A stretch of DNA of 64,000 nucleotides from the NCBI GenBank assembly GCA_963778655.1, contig CAVZVA010000010.1:448001-512000 (forward strand), read 5' to 3'. Position 1 is the first letter of the stretch; each line of letters opens with the position of its first letter. Source of the DNA: an uncultured delta proteobacterium (GTDB lineage Bacteria > Myxococcota_A > Polyangia > Polyangiales > JAFGIB01). The notes beneath the pieces were generated by a model. That model worked only from the letters and a program-made list of their open reading frames with translations. It had not been told where the DNA came from and did not search any database. The translations under genes were made by a program, and so were the position numbers. Positions 48,673 through 58,252 of the stretch are shown one piece after another.

Positions 48673-49994
48673 CGGATCACCTCGGTGCCGGCCATGTACG
48701 GCACCAGCGCGGCCGGCACGCGCACGCTGCCGTCGGCCTGCTGGTATTGCTCCAGGATCGCGACCAGCGTGCGGCCGATCGCCAGGCCCGAGCCGTTGAG
48801 CGTGTGCAGCGGCTGCGGCTTTTCGCCCTTGTGGGGCCGGAAGCGGATCTTCGCGCGCCGCGCCTGGAAATCTCCGAACCACGAGCAGCTCGAGATCTCG
48901 CGGTAGGCGTTCTGGCCCGGTAGCCACACCTCGAGATCGTAACCGCGGCGCGCGCTGGCGTTGAGGTCGCCGGTGCACAGCTCCATCACCCGGTAGTGCA
49001 GCCCCAGGCGCTTGAGCACCGCTTCGGCGTGGCGCGTCAGCTCCTCGAGCGCGTCCTCGGCGCGCTCCGGGCGCTCGAAGCGCACCAGCTCCACCTTGTC
49101 GAACTGGTGGACCCGGATCATGCCGCGCGTGTCCTTGCCGTAGCTGCCGGCCTCGCTGCGGAAGCACGGCGTGTACGCGCAGTACTTGATCGGCAACGCG
49201 TCGCCCTCGACGATCTCGTCGCGGTGCAGGTTGGTGAGCGGCACCTCGGCGGTGGGGATCAAGTACAGCTCGTGCTTCTCGTCCGGCTCGCCGCCTGCGC
49301 GGTCGGCCGAGTCGTCCCAGTCCGAAGCCAGACGGAACAAGTCGGCAGAGAACTTCGGCAGCTGGCCGGTGCCGCGCAGGCTGCGCGCGTTGACCAACAC
49401 GGGCGGCCAGATCTCGGTGTAGCCGTGCTCGCGCGTGTGCAGGTCGAGCATGAAGGCCATCAGCGCACGCGTCAGGCGCGCGCCTTCGCCGCGCAGCAGC
49501 ACGAAGCGCGTGCCGCTGATCTTGGCTGCGCGCTCGAGGTCGAGGATGCCGAGCGCGGTCGCGAGATCGACGTGGTCACGGGCGGCGCGCGCCAGCACCG
49601 GCTTGTCGCCGTACTCGCGCATGAGCACATTGTCGCCGTCGTCCTTGCCGCTCGGCGCGTGCTCCGAGGGCAGGTTCGGCACCAGCAGCAGCGCCTGCTC
49701 GAGCTCGGCTTCGACCTCGCGCTGCGCGGCCTCGAGCGGCTTGGCCTCGGCGGCGATGTGCTTGAGCGCGTCGCGCCGGGCGTGGAATTGCTCGCTCTGC
49801 TTGTCGAGCGCGGCCATCGCCTGGTTGGCCTCGTTCTGCTGCTGGCGCAGCGCCTCGAGCCGCTGGATCACCTGCTTGCGGCGCTCGGCCAGCACGGCGA
49901 TGGCATCGAGGCTGTGCGCCGCGGCTGGACCGCGCCGTAGCAACGCCACGCGCACTTCGTGCAGATGGTCGACCACGTAACGCAAATCGAGCAT
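48669..49994 (-). CDS. serS: Serine--tRNA ligase
   Basis: MLD start, coiled coil, GTGQLPKF, PTAEVP, FRSEAG, EISSCS and HTLNGSGLA motifs. Confidence 0.96.
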   Translation of the reverse strand: MLDLRYVVDHLHEVRVALLRRGPAAAHSLDAIAVLAERRKQVIQRLEALRQQQNEANQAMAALDKQSEQFHARRDALKHIAAEAKPLEAAQREVEAELEQALLLVPNLPSEHAPSGKDDGDNVLMREYGDKPVLARAARDHVDLATALGILDLERAAKISGTRFVLLRGEGARLTRALMAFMLDLHTREHGYTEIWPPVLVNARSLRGTGQLPKFSADLFRLASDWDDSADRAGGEPDEKHELYLIPTAEVPLTNLHRDEIVEGDALPIKYCAYTPCFRSEAGSYGKDTRGMIRVHQFDKVELVRFERPERAEDALEELTRHAEAVLKRLGLHYRVMELCTGDLNASARRGYDLEVWLPGQNAYREISSCSWFGDFQARRAKIRFRPHKGEKPQPLHTLNGSGLAIGRTLVAILEQYQQADGSVRVPAALVPYMAGTEVIR

Positions 49995-50183
49995 GCCGCC
50001 GATGTACACCGAGAACGCTTGGCGGGCCAATCGTCGCAAGGGGATCCACAGAAGTCGGGAAGACGGGAAGTACCGCGTATTGCCCTCTTCCCGCCTTCCG
50101 GTCGTTCTGAGGACGCCGCTGCGCGGGCGCTGCGGGCGTCCAGAGGTCGCGCGGGCGGCGTGATTGCGGTACACAGCGACGCC

Positions 50184-50672
50184 ATGCGGATCGGAGCCAG
50201 CGGCAAAGCGACGGTACGCCTGGGCGTGGTCGTGTTGATGGTCGCAGCCTGCAGCGGGGTGTGGGAATTGCTCGCCGCGCAATCGCCGGGCACGCCGCTG
50301 TACATCGATACGCTGGCCGGGCCGATCGCGGCGCTGCGCGAGCTGGCCACCGTGTTCGGCCTGCTGCTGCTCGGCGCGGGGCTGCTGATGCCGTGGGCGA
50401 GCCAGGGCCGCGAGCCCCGGCGGCTGGTGGCGGCGCTCTACGCCGGGACCGCGCTCGCCCTGGGCGCCCAGCTGTATGCCGCGACCCAGGGCATGTACGG
50501 GGTGCAGCTCAGCGACCTGCGGCCGGACGCGCTGCCGTTGTTCGTGGCCAAGCAAACCGGGCTGCTATTGCTGGTGGGAGGCCTGCTCGAGCTGGGCCGC
50601 CGCGTGTTGTTGCGGCCACCGCCGGGGGAGGAGGCGCGGCCGCTGCAGCCCCCACACGACCCGTCAACTTGA
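50184..50672 (+). CDS. Membrane hypothetical protein
   Basis: Four hydrophobic segments; start uncertain. Confidence 0.6.
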   Translation: MRIGASGKATVRLGVVVLMVAACSGVWELLAAQSPGTPLYIDTLAGPIAALRELATVFGLLLLGAGLLMPWASQGREPRRLVAALYAGTALALGAQLYAATQGMYGVQLSDLRPDALPLFVAKQTGLLLLVGGLLELGRRVLLRPPPGEEARPLQPPHDPST

Positions 50673-50727
50673 TTCACGCCCCGGGCGCCACTAAGGTTGG
50701 TGTTCTCGAGAAATATCGAGGGGTTGG

Positions 50728-50745
50728 CAGCCGCCATGGCGGCTG
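50728..50745. promoter_or_regulatory. Perfect 18-bp palindrome upstream of cimA (terminator, attenuator or operator candidate)
   Basis: CAGCCGCCATGGCGGCTG followed by TATTCGTTT. Confidence 0.35.
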
Positions 50746-50780
50746 TATTCGTTTCCAACTAGATACCCCAGGCAAGCGCC

Positions 50781-52445
50781 GTGACTGTAGTCCTGTACGA
50801 TACCAGCCTGCGCGACGGAACCCAGGGCGAGGGCATCCAGCTCTCGGTCAGCGATAAGCTGATGATCGCGCAACTGATTGACGGGCTTGGTATTTCCTAT
50901 ATCGAGGGCGGCCACCCTGGGTCGAATCCACGCGACGAGAGCTTCTTCGAGCAGGCGCGCCGGCTCAAGCTCAACAACGCCAAGCTGGTCGCCTTTGGCT
51001 CGACGCGCCGAGCCGGTATCAACTGCGAACAGGACGCCAACCTGCAGGCCCTGCTGCGGGCCGAAGTCTCCTGCCTGACGATTTTCGGCAAGAGCTGGCG
51101 CTTCCAGGCGACCGAAGCACTGCGCATCAGCCCGGAGCAGAACCTGGAGCTGATCGAGGACTCGGTGCGCTACCTCAAGCAGCACGTCGACGAGGTGATC
51201 TTCGACGCCGAGCACTTCTTCGACGGTTTCAAGGACGATCCGCAGTACGCGCTTGCGTCGCTACAGGCGGCGGCACGCGCAGGCGCCGCGTATCTCGCAC
51301 TGTGCGACACCAACGGCGGTTGCCTGCCCGAGGAGATCGAGGCCGGCGTACGCGCCGCGCTGCAGGCAGTGGGCTCGGTGCCGGTGGGCATCCACACCCA
51401 CAACGACAGCGAGCTCGCGGTGGCCAACACGCTGCGCGCGGTGCGCGCGGGCGCGCGCATGGTCCAGGGCACGATCAACGGTTATGGCGAGCGCTGCGGC
51501 AATGCCAACCTGGTCTCGATCATCCCGGCGCTGCGCTTGAAGATGGCCCTGCCGTGCGTGAGTGACGAGCAGCTCAAGACCTTGCGCCAGGTCGCGCGCA
51601 CGGTCGACGAGATCAGCAACCGCGCACCCTGGTCGGCGCAGCCGTACGTGGGGCAGAGCGCGTTCGCGCACAAGGGCGGCATGCACGTCGACGCGATCAA
51701 GAAAAACAGCCGCACCTACGAGCACGTCGATCCGGAGCTGGTGGGCAACCACCGCCGCATTCTGCTCTCCGACCTGTCGGGCCGCGCCAACGTCGAGCTC
51801 AAGGCCAAGGAGCTTGGCATCGAGCTCGACCCGAAGTCGCCCGAGGCGCGCAAGATCCTCGAGCGACTCAAGCAGCTCGAAGCCGACGGCTATCAGTTCG
51901 AGAGCGCGGGTGCCTCGTTCAAGCTGTTCATGATGGAGTGCCTGGGACGGCGGCCGAAGTACTTCAGCCTGCGCGACCTGGAGGTGCAGATCGCGTTCGG
52001 CGACGAGGGCAACGGGCACGGCGGCGGCGAAAAAGACGCGACGCGCGTACGGATCGAGATCGGCGTCGGCGACGAGGCCGCGTACACCTCCGCGCGCGGC
52101 GACGGTCCCGTGCACGCGATGGACGTGGGGCTGCGCAGCTTGATCGACCGCTTCTACCCGCAGCTCGAAGCGGTGAGGCTGGTCGATTACAAAGTGCGCG
52201 TGCTCTCCAGCGGCGAGGGCACGGGCTCGGTCGTGCGCGTGCTGATCGAGTCGAGCGACGGCGACGAGACCTGGGGCACGGTCGGCGTGAGCCCCAACAT
52301 CATCCACGCCAGCTGGAACGCGATGGTGGACGCGCTCGACTACAAGCTGGTCAAGGACGGCGTGGCGCCCTATGCCGCCACGCCCGCGCCGGCGACGGCG
52401 CGACCCGCGGCGCGAGCGCGGGTGGCCGAAGAGGCAAAGCGCTGA
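50781..52445 (+). CDS. cimA: Citramalate synthase
   Basis: YDTSLRDGTQGEG, PGSNPRD, AFGSTRR, FDAEHFFDG, HTHND and AFAHKGGMH motifs. Confidence 0.9.
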   Translation: MTVVLYDTSLRDGTQGEGIQLSVSDKLMIAQLIDGLGISYIEGGHPGSNPRDESFFEQARRLKLNNAKLVAFGSTRRAGINCEQDANLQALLRAEVSCLTIFGKSWRFQATEALRISPEQNLELIEDSVRYLKQHVDEVIFDAEHFFDGFKDDPQYALASLQAAARAGAAYLALCDTNGGCLPEEIEAGVRAALQAVGSVPVGIHTHNDSELAVANTLRAVRAGARMVQGTINGYGERCGNANLVSIIPALRLKMALPCVSDEQLKTLRQVARTVDEISNRAPWSAQPYVGQSAFAHKGGMHVDAIKKNSRTYEHVDPELVGNHRRILLSDLSGRANVELKAKELGIELDPKSPEARKILERLKQLEADGYQFESAGASFKLFMMECLGRRPKYFSLRDLEVQIAFGDEGNGHGGGEKDATRVRIEIGVGDEAAYTSARGDGPVHAMDVGLRSLIDRFYPQLEAVRLVDYKVRVLSSGEGTGSVVRVLIESSDGDETWGTVGVSPNIIHASWNAMVDALDYKLVKDGVAPYAATPAPATARPAARARVAEEAKR

Positions 52446-52492
52446 GTCCGTGCAGCGACGGCGGACGGGGAGCACTGAAAGGACTGACGGTG

Positions 52493-54040
52493 ATGGCTGC
52501 GAGCAACGACAACCACGTACGCATCTTCGACACCACTTTGCGCGATGGAGAGCAGTCGCCCGGCGCCACCATGACGCTCGAGGAGAAGCTCCGTATCGCA
52601 AAGCGGCTCGAAGACCTCGGCGTGGACGTGATCGAAGCCGGTTTCCCGGCCGCCTCGCCTGGCGAGCTGGAATCGGTGCGCGAGATCGCCGCCGTGGTGG
52701 AGCGCAGCGAGGTGGCCGCGCTGTGCCGCACGCGCGAGCCCGACATCGAGGCGGGCTTCAAGGCGGTCTCGGCGGCGAAGCTGCCGCGCCTGCACGTGTT
52801 CATCGCGACCAGCAAGCTGCACATGGAGCACAAGCTCAAGCTCGCTCCCGATCAGGTGCTGGAAGAGGTGCGGCGCGGCGTCGCGCACTGCGCCTCGTTG
52901 TGCAACAGCGTGGAGTTCTCGGCCGAGGACGCCACGCGTACCGAGCTCTCGTTCCTGAAGGAAGTGTTCGCTTGCGCGGTGGAGAACGGCGCGAGCGTGG
53001 TCAACATCCCGGACACGGTCGGCTACACCATGCCGCAGGAGTACACGCGCATCGTGCAGGAGATCCGCGCGGTGGTCGGCCCCAGCGTGGTGATCTCCAC
53101 GCACTGCCACAACGACCTGGGGCTGGCGGTGGCGAACTCGCTGGCGGCCGTGGCGGCGGGCGCGCGCCAGGTGGAGTGCTGCATCAACGGCATCGGCGAA
53201 CGCGCGGGCAACGCGGCGCTCGAGGAGATCGTGATGGCGTTGCGGGTGCGCCGTGACCTGCTCGGTTGCGACACGCGCATCGACACCCGCCAGCTGATGA
53301 CCACCAGTCGTCTGGTCAGCCAGATCACCGGCTTGCACGTGCAGGCGAGCAAGCCGATCGTGGGGCGCAACGCCTTCGCGCACGAGGCGGGCATCCACCA
53401 GCACGGCGTGCTCAAGGACCGCCGCACCTACGAGATCATGCGGCCAGAGGACGTGGGTCTGACCGAGTCGAAGATCGTGCTCGGCAAGCACAGCGGGCGG
53501 CACGCGCTGCAGAAGCGGCTGGAGGAGCTGGGCTTCGCGATGAGCAAGACTCAGCTCGACAAGGTGTTCGAGCGCTTCAAGCAGCTCGCCGACAAGAAGA
53601 AGAACATCTACGACGAGGATCTGACCGCGCTGGTGGCCGACGACGTGTTCGACATGCCATTGTGCTACGAGCTGAAGTCGGTCGAGGTGCGAGCCGGCAC
53701 CGCCACCGTGCCTTGGGCCAGGGTCTGCTTGACCTACGAGGGCGCGGACCACGTGTGCGAGGCCACCGGCAACGGGCCAGTCAACGCGGCGATCGAGGCG
53801 CTCAAGCAATGCGCCGGCAACCCGGACATCAAGCTCGAGGAGTTTCACATCGACGCGATCAGCGGCGGCTCCGACGCCCAGGGCAGCGTGCGCTTGAGCA
53901 TCGAGGACGGCGGCGTTGTCTCGCACGGACGCGCCACGCACATGGACGTGGTGATGGCGAGCGCGCAGGCCTTCGTGGCCGCGCTCAACCACCGCGCATT
54001 CCAGCTCGAGCTCCATAGGCGGCAGGCAGCCAGCGCCTAG
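52493..54040 (+). CDS. leuA: 2-isopropylmalate synthase
   Basis: FDTTLRDGEQSPG, PDTVG, HCHNDLG, GERAGN and HEAGIHQHG motifs; regulatory domain present. Confidence 0.95.
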   Translation: MAASNDNHVRIFDTTLRDGEQSPGATMTLEEKLRIAKRLEDLGVDVIEAGFPAASPGELESVREIAAVVERSEVAALCRTREPDIEAGFKAVSAAKLPRLHVFIATSKLHMEHKLKLAPDQVLEEVRRGVAHCASLCNSVEFSAEDATRTELSFLKEVFACAVENGASVVNIPDTVGYTMPQEYTRIVQEIRAVVGPSVVISTHCHNDLGLAVANSLAAVAAGARQVECCINGIGERAGNAALEEIVMALRVRRDLLGCDTRIDTRQLMTTSRLVSQITGLHVQASKPIVGRNAFAHEAGIHQHGVLKDRRTYEIMRPEDVGLTESKIVLGKHSGRHALQKRLEELGFAMSKTQLDKVFERFKQLADKKKNIYDEDLTALVADDVFDMPLCYELKSVEVRAGTATVPWARVCLTYEGADHVCEATGNGPVNAAIEALKQCAGNPDIKLEEFHIDAISGGSDAQGSVRLSIEDGGVVSHGRATHMDVVMASAQAFVAALNHRAFQLELHRRQAASA

Positions 54041-54170
54041 ATGAGTCGAAGTTTTCCTCGCTTGCGACTGGCACGCATCTACGCCCCGCGGACCCCGGAC
54101 CCGGCAAGCCTGAGCTCGGTGGTGGTCCCTGGCGCAGCTGCTACCCGCCGGGCCGAGGTCGGGGGTACGG

Positions 54171-55061
54171 ATGAAGCGCGCGCGCATCGGGTTCTTTGCC
54201 GGGCTCGGATATCCGTTGCGCGGGGCGCGCTTCGTGTACCGCGAGCATCGAGGGCTCGCGCGGCTGTGGGTGCCGCCGATCGTGCTCACCGCTGCGGCGC
54301 TCGCGGGCGCGGCCTGGGCGGGGTGGCACTTTCGCGCACAAGCCGTCGACGCGCTGTGGGCGCCGCCCCAAGGCACCGGCTGGCTGGCGAGCTTCGAGCG
54401 CGAGCTGCACAGCCTGCTCGAGTGGGTGATGGCGGTGGTGCTCTGGGTCACGGGGTTGGTGGCAGTAGCGCTGGGCACCAGCGTGATCGCGGCGCCGTTC
54501 AACGACGGGCTCAGCGCAGCCGTGGAACGGCTGTATTTCAATGACCGGGAGGATCACGCGACCCTCCCGCCCGCCGGCCAAGCCCCGGCGGGACCCACCC
54601 TCCCGCGGAGCTCGCTGCGCCCGCGCGCGCGCGGCGAACCTTCGCACGCCGGGCACCCGACGCCCCCGCCCGTCGGTGTGCTGCGCAGCGTGGCGCAGGG
54701 CGTAGGCCTCGAGCTGCGCAAGCTCGCGCTGTACGCCGTGGTGATGGGACCGCTGTTCGTGCTCAGCCTGGCGTTGCCCAGCGTGCTCACCCTGGTCGAC
54801 TCCGCGGTGGGGTTTGGCTTCACGGCGCTGTTTCTCGCGCTCGACTACACGGACTGGCCGGCCTCGCGCCGCGGGCTGCCGCCGCGCGTGCGGCTCGGCA
54901 TGGCGCGAGCGCACCCGCGGGCCCTGCTGGGCCTGGGGCTCGGCATTTGGGTGCTGCTGTTCGTGCCGCTGCTCAACCTGCTATTCATGCCGGCGGCCGT
55001 GGCCGGCGCCACCCTGTTGTTCTGCGATCTGTACGGGCCCGCAAAGCCGCCCTCGCGCTAG
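54171..55061 (+). CDS. EI24/CysZ-like membrane protein
   Basis: IAAPFNDGLS..VE, LDYTDWP and PAAVAGATL motifs. Confidence 0.75.
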   Translation: MKRARIGFFAGLGYPLRGARFVYREHRGLARLWVPPIVLTAAALAGAAWAGWHFRAQAVDALWAPPQGTGWLASFERELHSLLEWVMAVVLWVTGLVAVALGTSVIAAPFNDGLSAAVERLYFNDREDHATLPPAGQAPAGPTLPRSSLRPRARGEPSHAGHPTPPPVGVLRSVAQGVGLELRKLALYAVVMGPLFVLSLALPSVLTLVDSAVGFGFTALFLALDYTDWPASRRGLPPRVRLGMARAHPRALLGLGLGIWVLLFVPLLNLLFMPAAVAGATLLFCDLYGPAKPPSR

Positions 55062-55115
55062 CCAGGCCGCGCGGTTGCCCTCGCGCGTCGTTTTGGGGGA
55101 CACTCGTCCGATCTC

Positions 55116-56621
55116 ATGGCGAGTCCGATCGAGGCAGCCGCAGCACCGAGGCGGCAGTGGCTGCAGATCATTGGGCGGGCGATCGCGAGCCCGGCCTGCG
55201 TGGGCGCGTGCTTTTTCGCCCTGTACTTGAGCAGCGGCGCGCTCGTTCCCGGCGACGACATGCGGCCGACGGTCTTCGTGCCGCGCGCATGGATGCGAGA
55301 TCACGCGCTCACCTTCTCGCCGGCCGACTATCCCTTCATGTTCCGCTGGCTACGGCTCGGGCCCGCAGGTCCCGAGCGCTTTTCACCGCTCGACCGCGCA
55401 CAGCTCGCGGGCGCTGTCAGCGAAGGGCCGGTGCGCCTGGTCGGTCCGAAGTACTACGTGGTACCGACCCACGTCGCGGGCGCATACGCCAGCATCTTCG
55501 GGCCGCTGCCGGGATTGCTCGCGGTGCCGTCGGTGGCCCTGCTCGCGCTATTCGATCCGGCCGGCGCGTTTGCACCCGAGCGCCTCGCCCAGTGTGCGCG
55601 CTGGACCGCCGCGCTGCTGGCAGCCGCCACGGTGATGTTGGTGTACATGCTGGCGGCGGCGCGCCTGTCACGTGGGCGCGCGCTGCTGGCGGCGCTGGTG
55701 CTGGGCGCCGGAACTTCGCTGTGGAGCACGACCAGTCAGGGGCTGCTGCAGCACGGCCCGTGCACGCTGGGCATCGTGCTGGCGATCTTCGCGCTGTGGA
55801 CCCCCACGCCCTCGCTCTCCACCGCGCGCTTGATCGGGGCCGGCGCCGCGCTCGGTCTGGCGGTGTGCGCGCGACCCACCGCCCTCGTGCTGGCGCTCGC
55901 CTTGCTCGGCTACACAGGCGTGCGGTATCGCGGGCGCGTGCTCGCGCTCGTGCTGGGTGCGCTGCCCTTCGCGCTCGCGCTGGGCGTCTACAACGATGTG
56001 CTGTTCGGCGCCCCCTGGACCAGCGCCCAGACATTGGTCGACCGCGAGCTGTTGCTCCACACGGTGCGGACCACGGAGCTCTGGAGCACCCCGCTGGCGC
56101 TCGGAGCCGCTGGTCTGATCGCCAGCCCGGGCCGTGGCCTGCTGGTGTATTCGCCCTGCGTCGCATGGGCTGCGGTCGGGCTGGCAGCTTCGCGCGGCGA
56201 GGAGCGCGTGCGCCTGGGCGTGCTGGCGTGCGCCACGCTCGGCATGTGGGGCCTTGCGTTCAAGTGGTACGACTGGTGGGGCGGCTGGTGTTACGGATAT
56301 CGGCCACTGGTCGACACGCTGCCGCTGCTCTTGCTGTGCATGCTACCGGCCCTGGAGAAGCTGCGCTTACGCAGTGTTCAGGCCACGGTCTTCGGCGTGG
56401 CGCTGGCGTGGTCGATCGGCGTTCAGGCGCTCGGCGCCTTCGCCTACGAGCCGCTGGGCTGGAACGCCAAGCACGGCCAGGACATCAACGCACCCGAGCA
56501 CCGCAAGCGCTTGTGGGACTGGAGCGATGGCCCGATCATCCATTACGCCAGGCACTTCTCCGCCGCGCGCGCGCTGCGGCTGCGGCTGGCCGGGCTGTGG
56601 GTGAAGGATCCGCGGATTTGA
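55116..56621 (+). CDS. Polytopic membrane protein, GT-C glycosyltransferase-like
   Basis: Many TM segments; GDD near N-terminus, LLQHG, ARPT, SPGRGLLVYSP and WWGGWCYGYR. Confidence 0.6.
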   Translation: MASPIEAAAAPRRQWLQIIGRAIASPACVGACFFALYLSSGALVPGDDMRPTVFVPRAWMRDHALTFSPADYPFMFRWLRLGPAGPERFSPLDRAQLAGAVSEGPVRLVGPKYYVVPTHVAGAYASIFGPLPGLLAVPSVALLALFDPAGAFAPERLAQCARWTAALLAAATVMLVYMLAAARLSRGRALLAALVLGAGTSLWSTTSQGLLQHGPCTLGIVLAIFALWTPTPSLSTARLIGAGAALGLAVCARPTALVLALALLGYTGVRYRGRVLALVLGALPFALALGVYNDVLFGAPWTSAQTLVDRELLLHTVRTTELWSTPLALGAAGLIASPGRGLLVYSPCVAWAAVGLAASRGEERVRLGVLACATLGMWGLAFKWYDWWGGWCYGYRPLVDTLPLLLLCMLPALEKLRLRSVQATVFGVALAWSIGVQALGAFAYEPLGWNAKHGQDINAPEHRKRLWDWSDGPIIHYARHFSAARALRLRLAGLWVKDPRI

Positions 56622-56758
56622 TTCCGAGAGGATGCCGCCTTGGCACATCGACCCGGCATCAGCCGGCACGCGGGCAGCCCAAGCCGGGCAGCGACCCCCG
56701 ATTGCGCGCCGGGCGTGGGCCTGATAAGCGGCAGGGCACAGTCAAGGAGGAGCCTCAC

Positions 56759-57844
56759 GTGAGCAAGCTCGACGTACTGGTGTTGCCGGGAGACGGGATC
56801 GGACCCGAGGTGACGGCCCAGGGCATCCGGGTGCTCGAGCTGACCTGCAAGCGGGGCGCGATCGCCCTCGGCCTGGAGCAGGGCCCGTTCGGCGGCGCCA
56901 GCATCGACCAGCACGGCGAGCCGATCACCACCGCGATGCTCGACCGTGCGCGCCAGGCCGACGGCGTGCTGCTGGGCGCCTGCGGCGGGCCCAAGTGGGA
57001 CGCGCTCCCGACCGAGCGACGGCCCGAGAAAGGCCTGCTCGCGCTGCGCGAGCACATGGAGGTGTTCGCCAACCTGCGGCCGGCCAAGCTGTTCGCTGCG
57101 CTGGCCGAGGCCAGCCCGCTCAAGGCCGAGCGCGCCCAGGGCTTCGATTTCGTGGTGGTGCGGGAGCTGGTGGGCGGGCTGTACTTCGGCAAGCCGCGCT
57201 TCATCGAGGGCGACAAGGGCAAGCGCAGGGGCGTCAACACGCTCACCTATACCGAGGACGAGATCCGGCGCATCGGCCGCGTCGCGTTCGAGACCGCACG
57301 CGGCCGCAACAAGAAGCTCACCAGCGTGGACAAGGCCAACGTGCTCGAGGTGATGGCGCTGTGGCGCGAGGTGATGACGGAGCTCGGCAAGGAATACCCA
57401 GACGTCAAGCTCGAGCACCTGTACGTGGACAACTGCGCGATGCAGCTGATCCTGCGGCCCACGGAGTTCGACGTGCTGGTCACCGAGAACATGTTCGGCG
57501 ACATCCTCTCGGACCTGGCGGCCGCAGCGACCGGGTCGATCGGTTTGCTGCCCTCGGCTGCGCTGGGCGAGAAGTGCGCGCTGTACGAGCCGGTGCACGG
57601 CTCGGCACCCGACATCGCAGGCCAGGACAAGGCCAACCCGCTGGCCGCCATCATGACCATCGCGATGCTGCTCGAGCACAGCGCCAAGCGCGGCGATCTC
57701 GCGCGCGCGGTGTACGAGGCGGTGGAAGCCGTGCTCGCGGCCGGCCTGCGCACCGCCGACCTGGCGCGCCCGGGCGAGCGCGCCATCGGCACCCGTGCGA
57801 TGGGCGATGCAGTGCTGGCCGAGGTCGAGCGCCGCCTGGGCTGA
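56759..57844 (+). CDS. leuB: 3-isopropylmalate dehydrogenase
   Basis: LPGDGIGPEV, NLRP, VDKANV, ENMFGDILSD and EPVHGSAPDIAG motifs; AAGGAGG RBS, GTG start. Confidence 0.95.
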   Translation: MSKLDVLVLPGDGIGPEVTAQGIRVLELTCKRGAIALGLEQGPFGGASIDQHGEPITTAMLDRARQADGVLLGACGGPKWDALPTERRPEKGLLALREHMEVFANLRPAKLFAALAEASPLKAERAQGFDFVVVRELVGGLYFGKPRFIEGDKGKRRGVNTLTYTEDEIRRIGRVAFETARGRNKKLTSVDKANVLEVMALWREVMTELGKEYPDVKLEHLYVDNCAMQLILRPTEFDVLVTENMFGDILSDLAAAATGSIGLLPSAALGEKCALYEPVHGSAPDIAGQDKANPLAAIMTIAMLLEHSAKRGDLARAVYEAVEAVLAAGLRTADLARPGERAIGTRAMGDAVLAEVERRLG

Positions 57845-57883
57845 TCGCCCCGCTCGGATTCAGGCCTGCCGTGGGATTCAGCC

Positions 57884-58219
57884 CTACGGGGGCGGCAGCG
57901 TGAGCATGGGCGTGAGCCGCACGATCTGCTTGTGGCCCTCGGCGTCGATGATGGACAGGCTGCACAGCCGGCCGTGCTCTTCCTCGATCTGGATCTCCGA
58001 CGGCGCGGCAATGCGGTGGTGCAAGTCCTCCGAGCTGATGGTCAGCACGTCGTCGTGTGGGTCGTAGCTGATCGCCGCTAGGCTCAGATGCTCGGCCTCG
58101 AGCTGCGAGCCGAGGTCGAGACCGGTCACGCCGATCTCGGCCCGGGTCGCAACCAGATGCTTGGACAGGCGGTCGAAATACTCCCGCCATGTGCTGCGAT
58201 CGAGCATGCGGGTGGGCAT
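57884..58219 (-). CDS. DUF5335-like small protein
   Basis: WREYFDRLSK..LGSQ..ISYDPHDD..HRIAAP pattern; start 58219 or 58228. Confidence 0.7.
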   Translation of the reverse strand: MPTRMLDRSTWREYFDRLSKHLVATRAEIGVTGLDLGSQLEAEHLSLAAISYDPHDDVLTISSEDLHHRIAAPSEIQIEEEHGRLCSLSIIDAEGHKQIVRLTPMLTLPPP

Positions 58220-58252
58220 GAGACGCATCCTCGCAGAACCGTTACACCCTGC

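Noticed and set aside
52370..54541. 723-aa antisense ORF over leuA, and similar antisense ORFs at 23604, 25862 and 51261
   Set aside because: Mirror frames of well-supported genes caused by GC3 bias
54947..56758. Apparent 600-aa N-terminal extension of LeuB; similar extensions on E1a, LeuA, SerS, MurB and the methyltransferase
   Set aside because: They overlap real upstream genes, and RBS/start sites lie at the conserved N-termini, so these are not fusions
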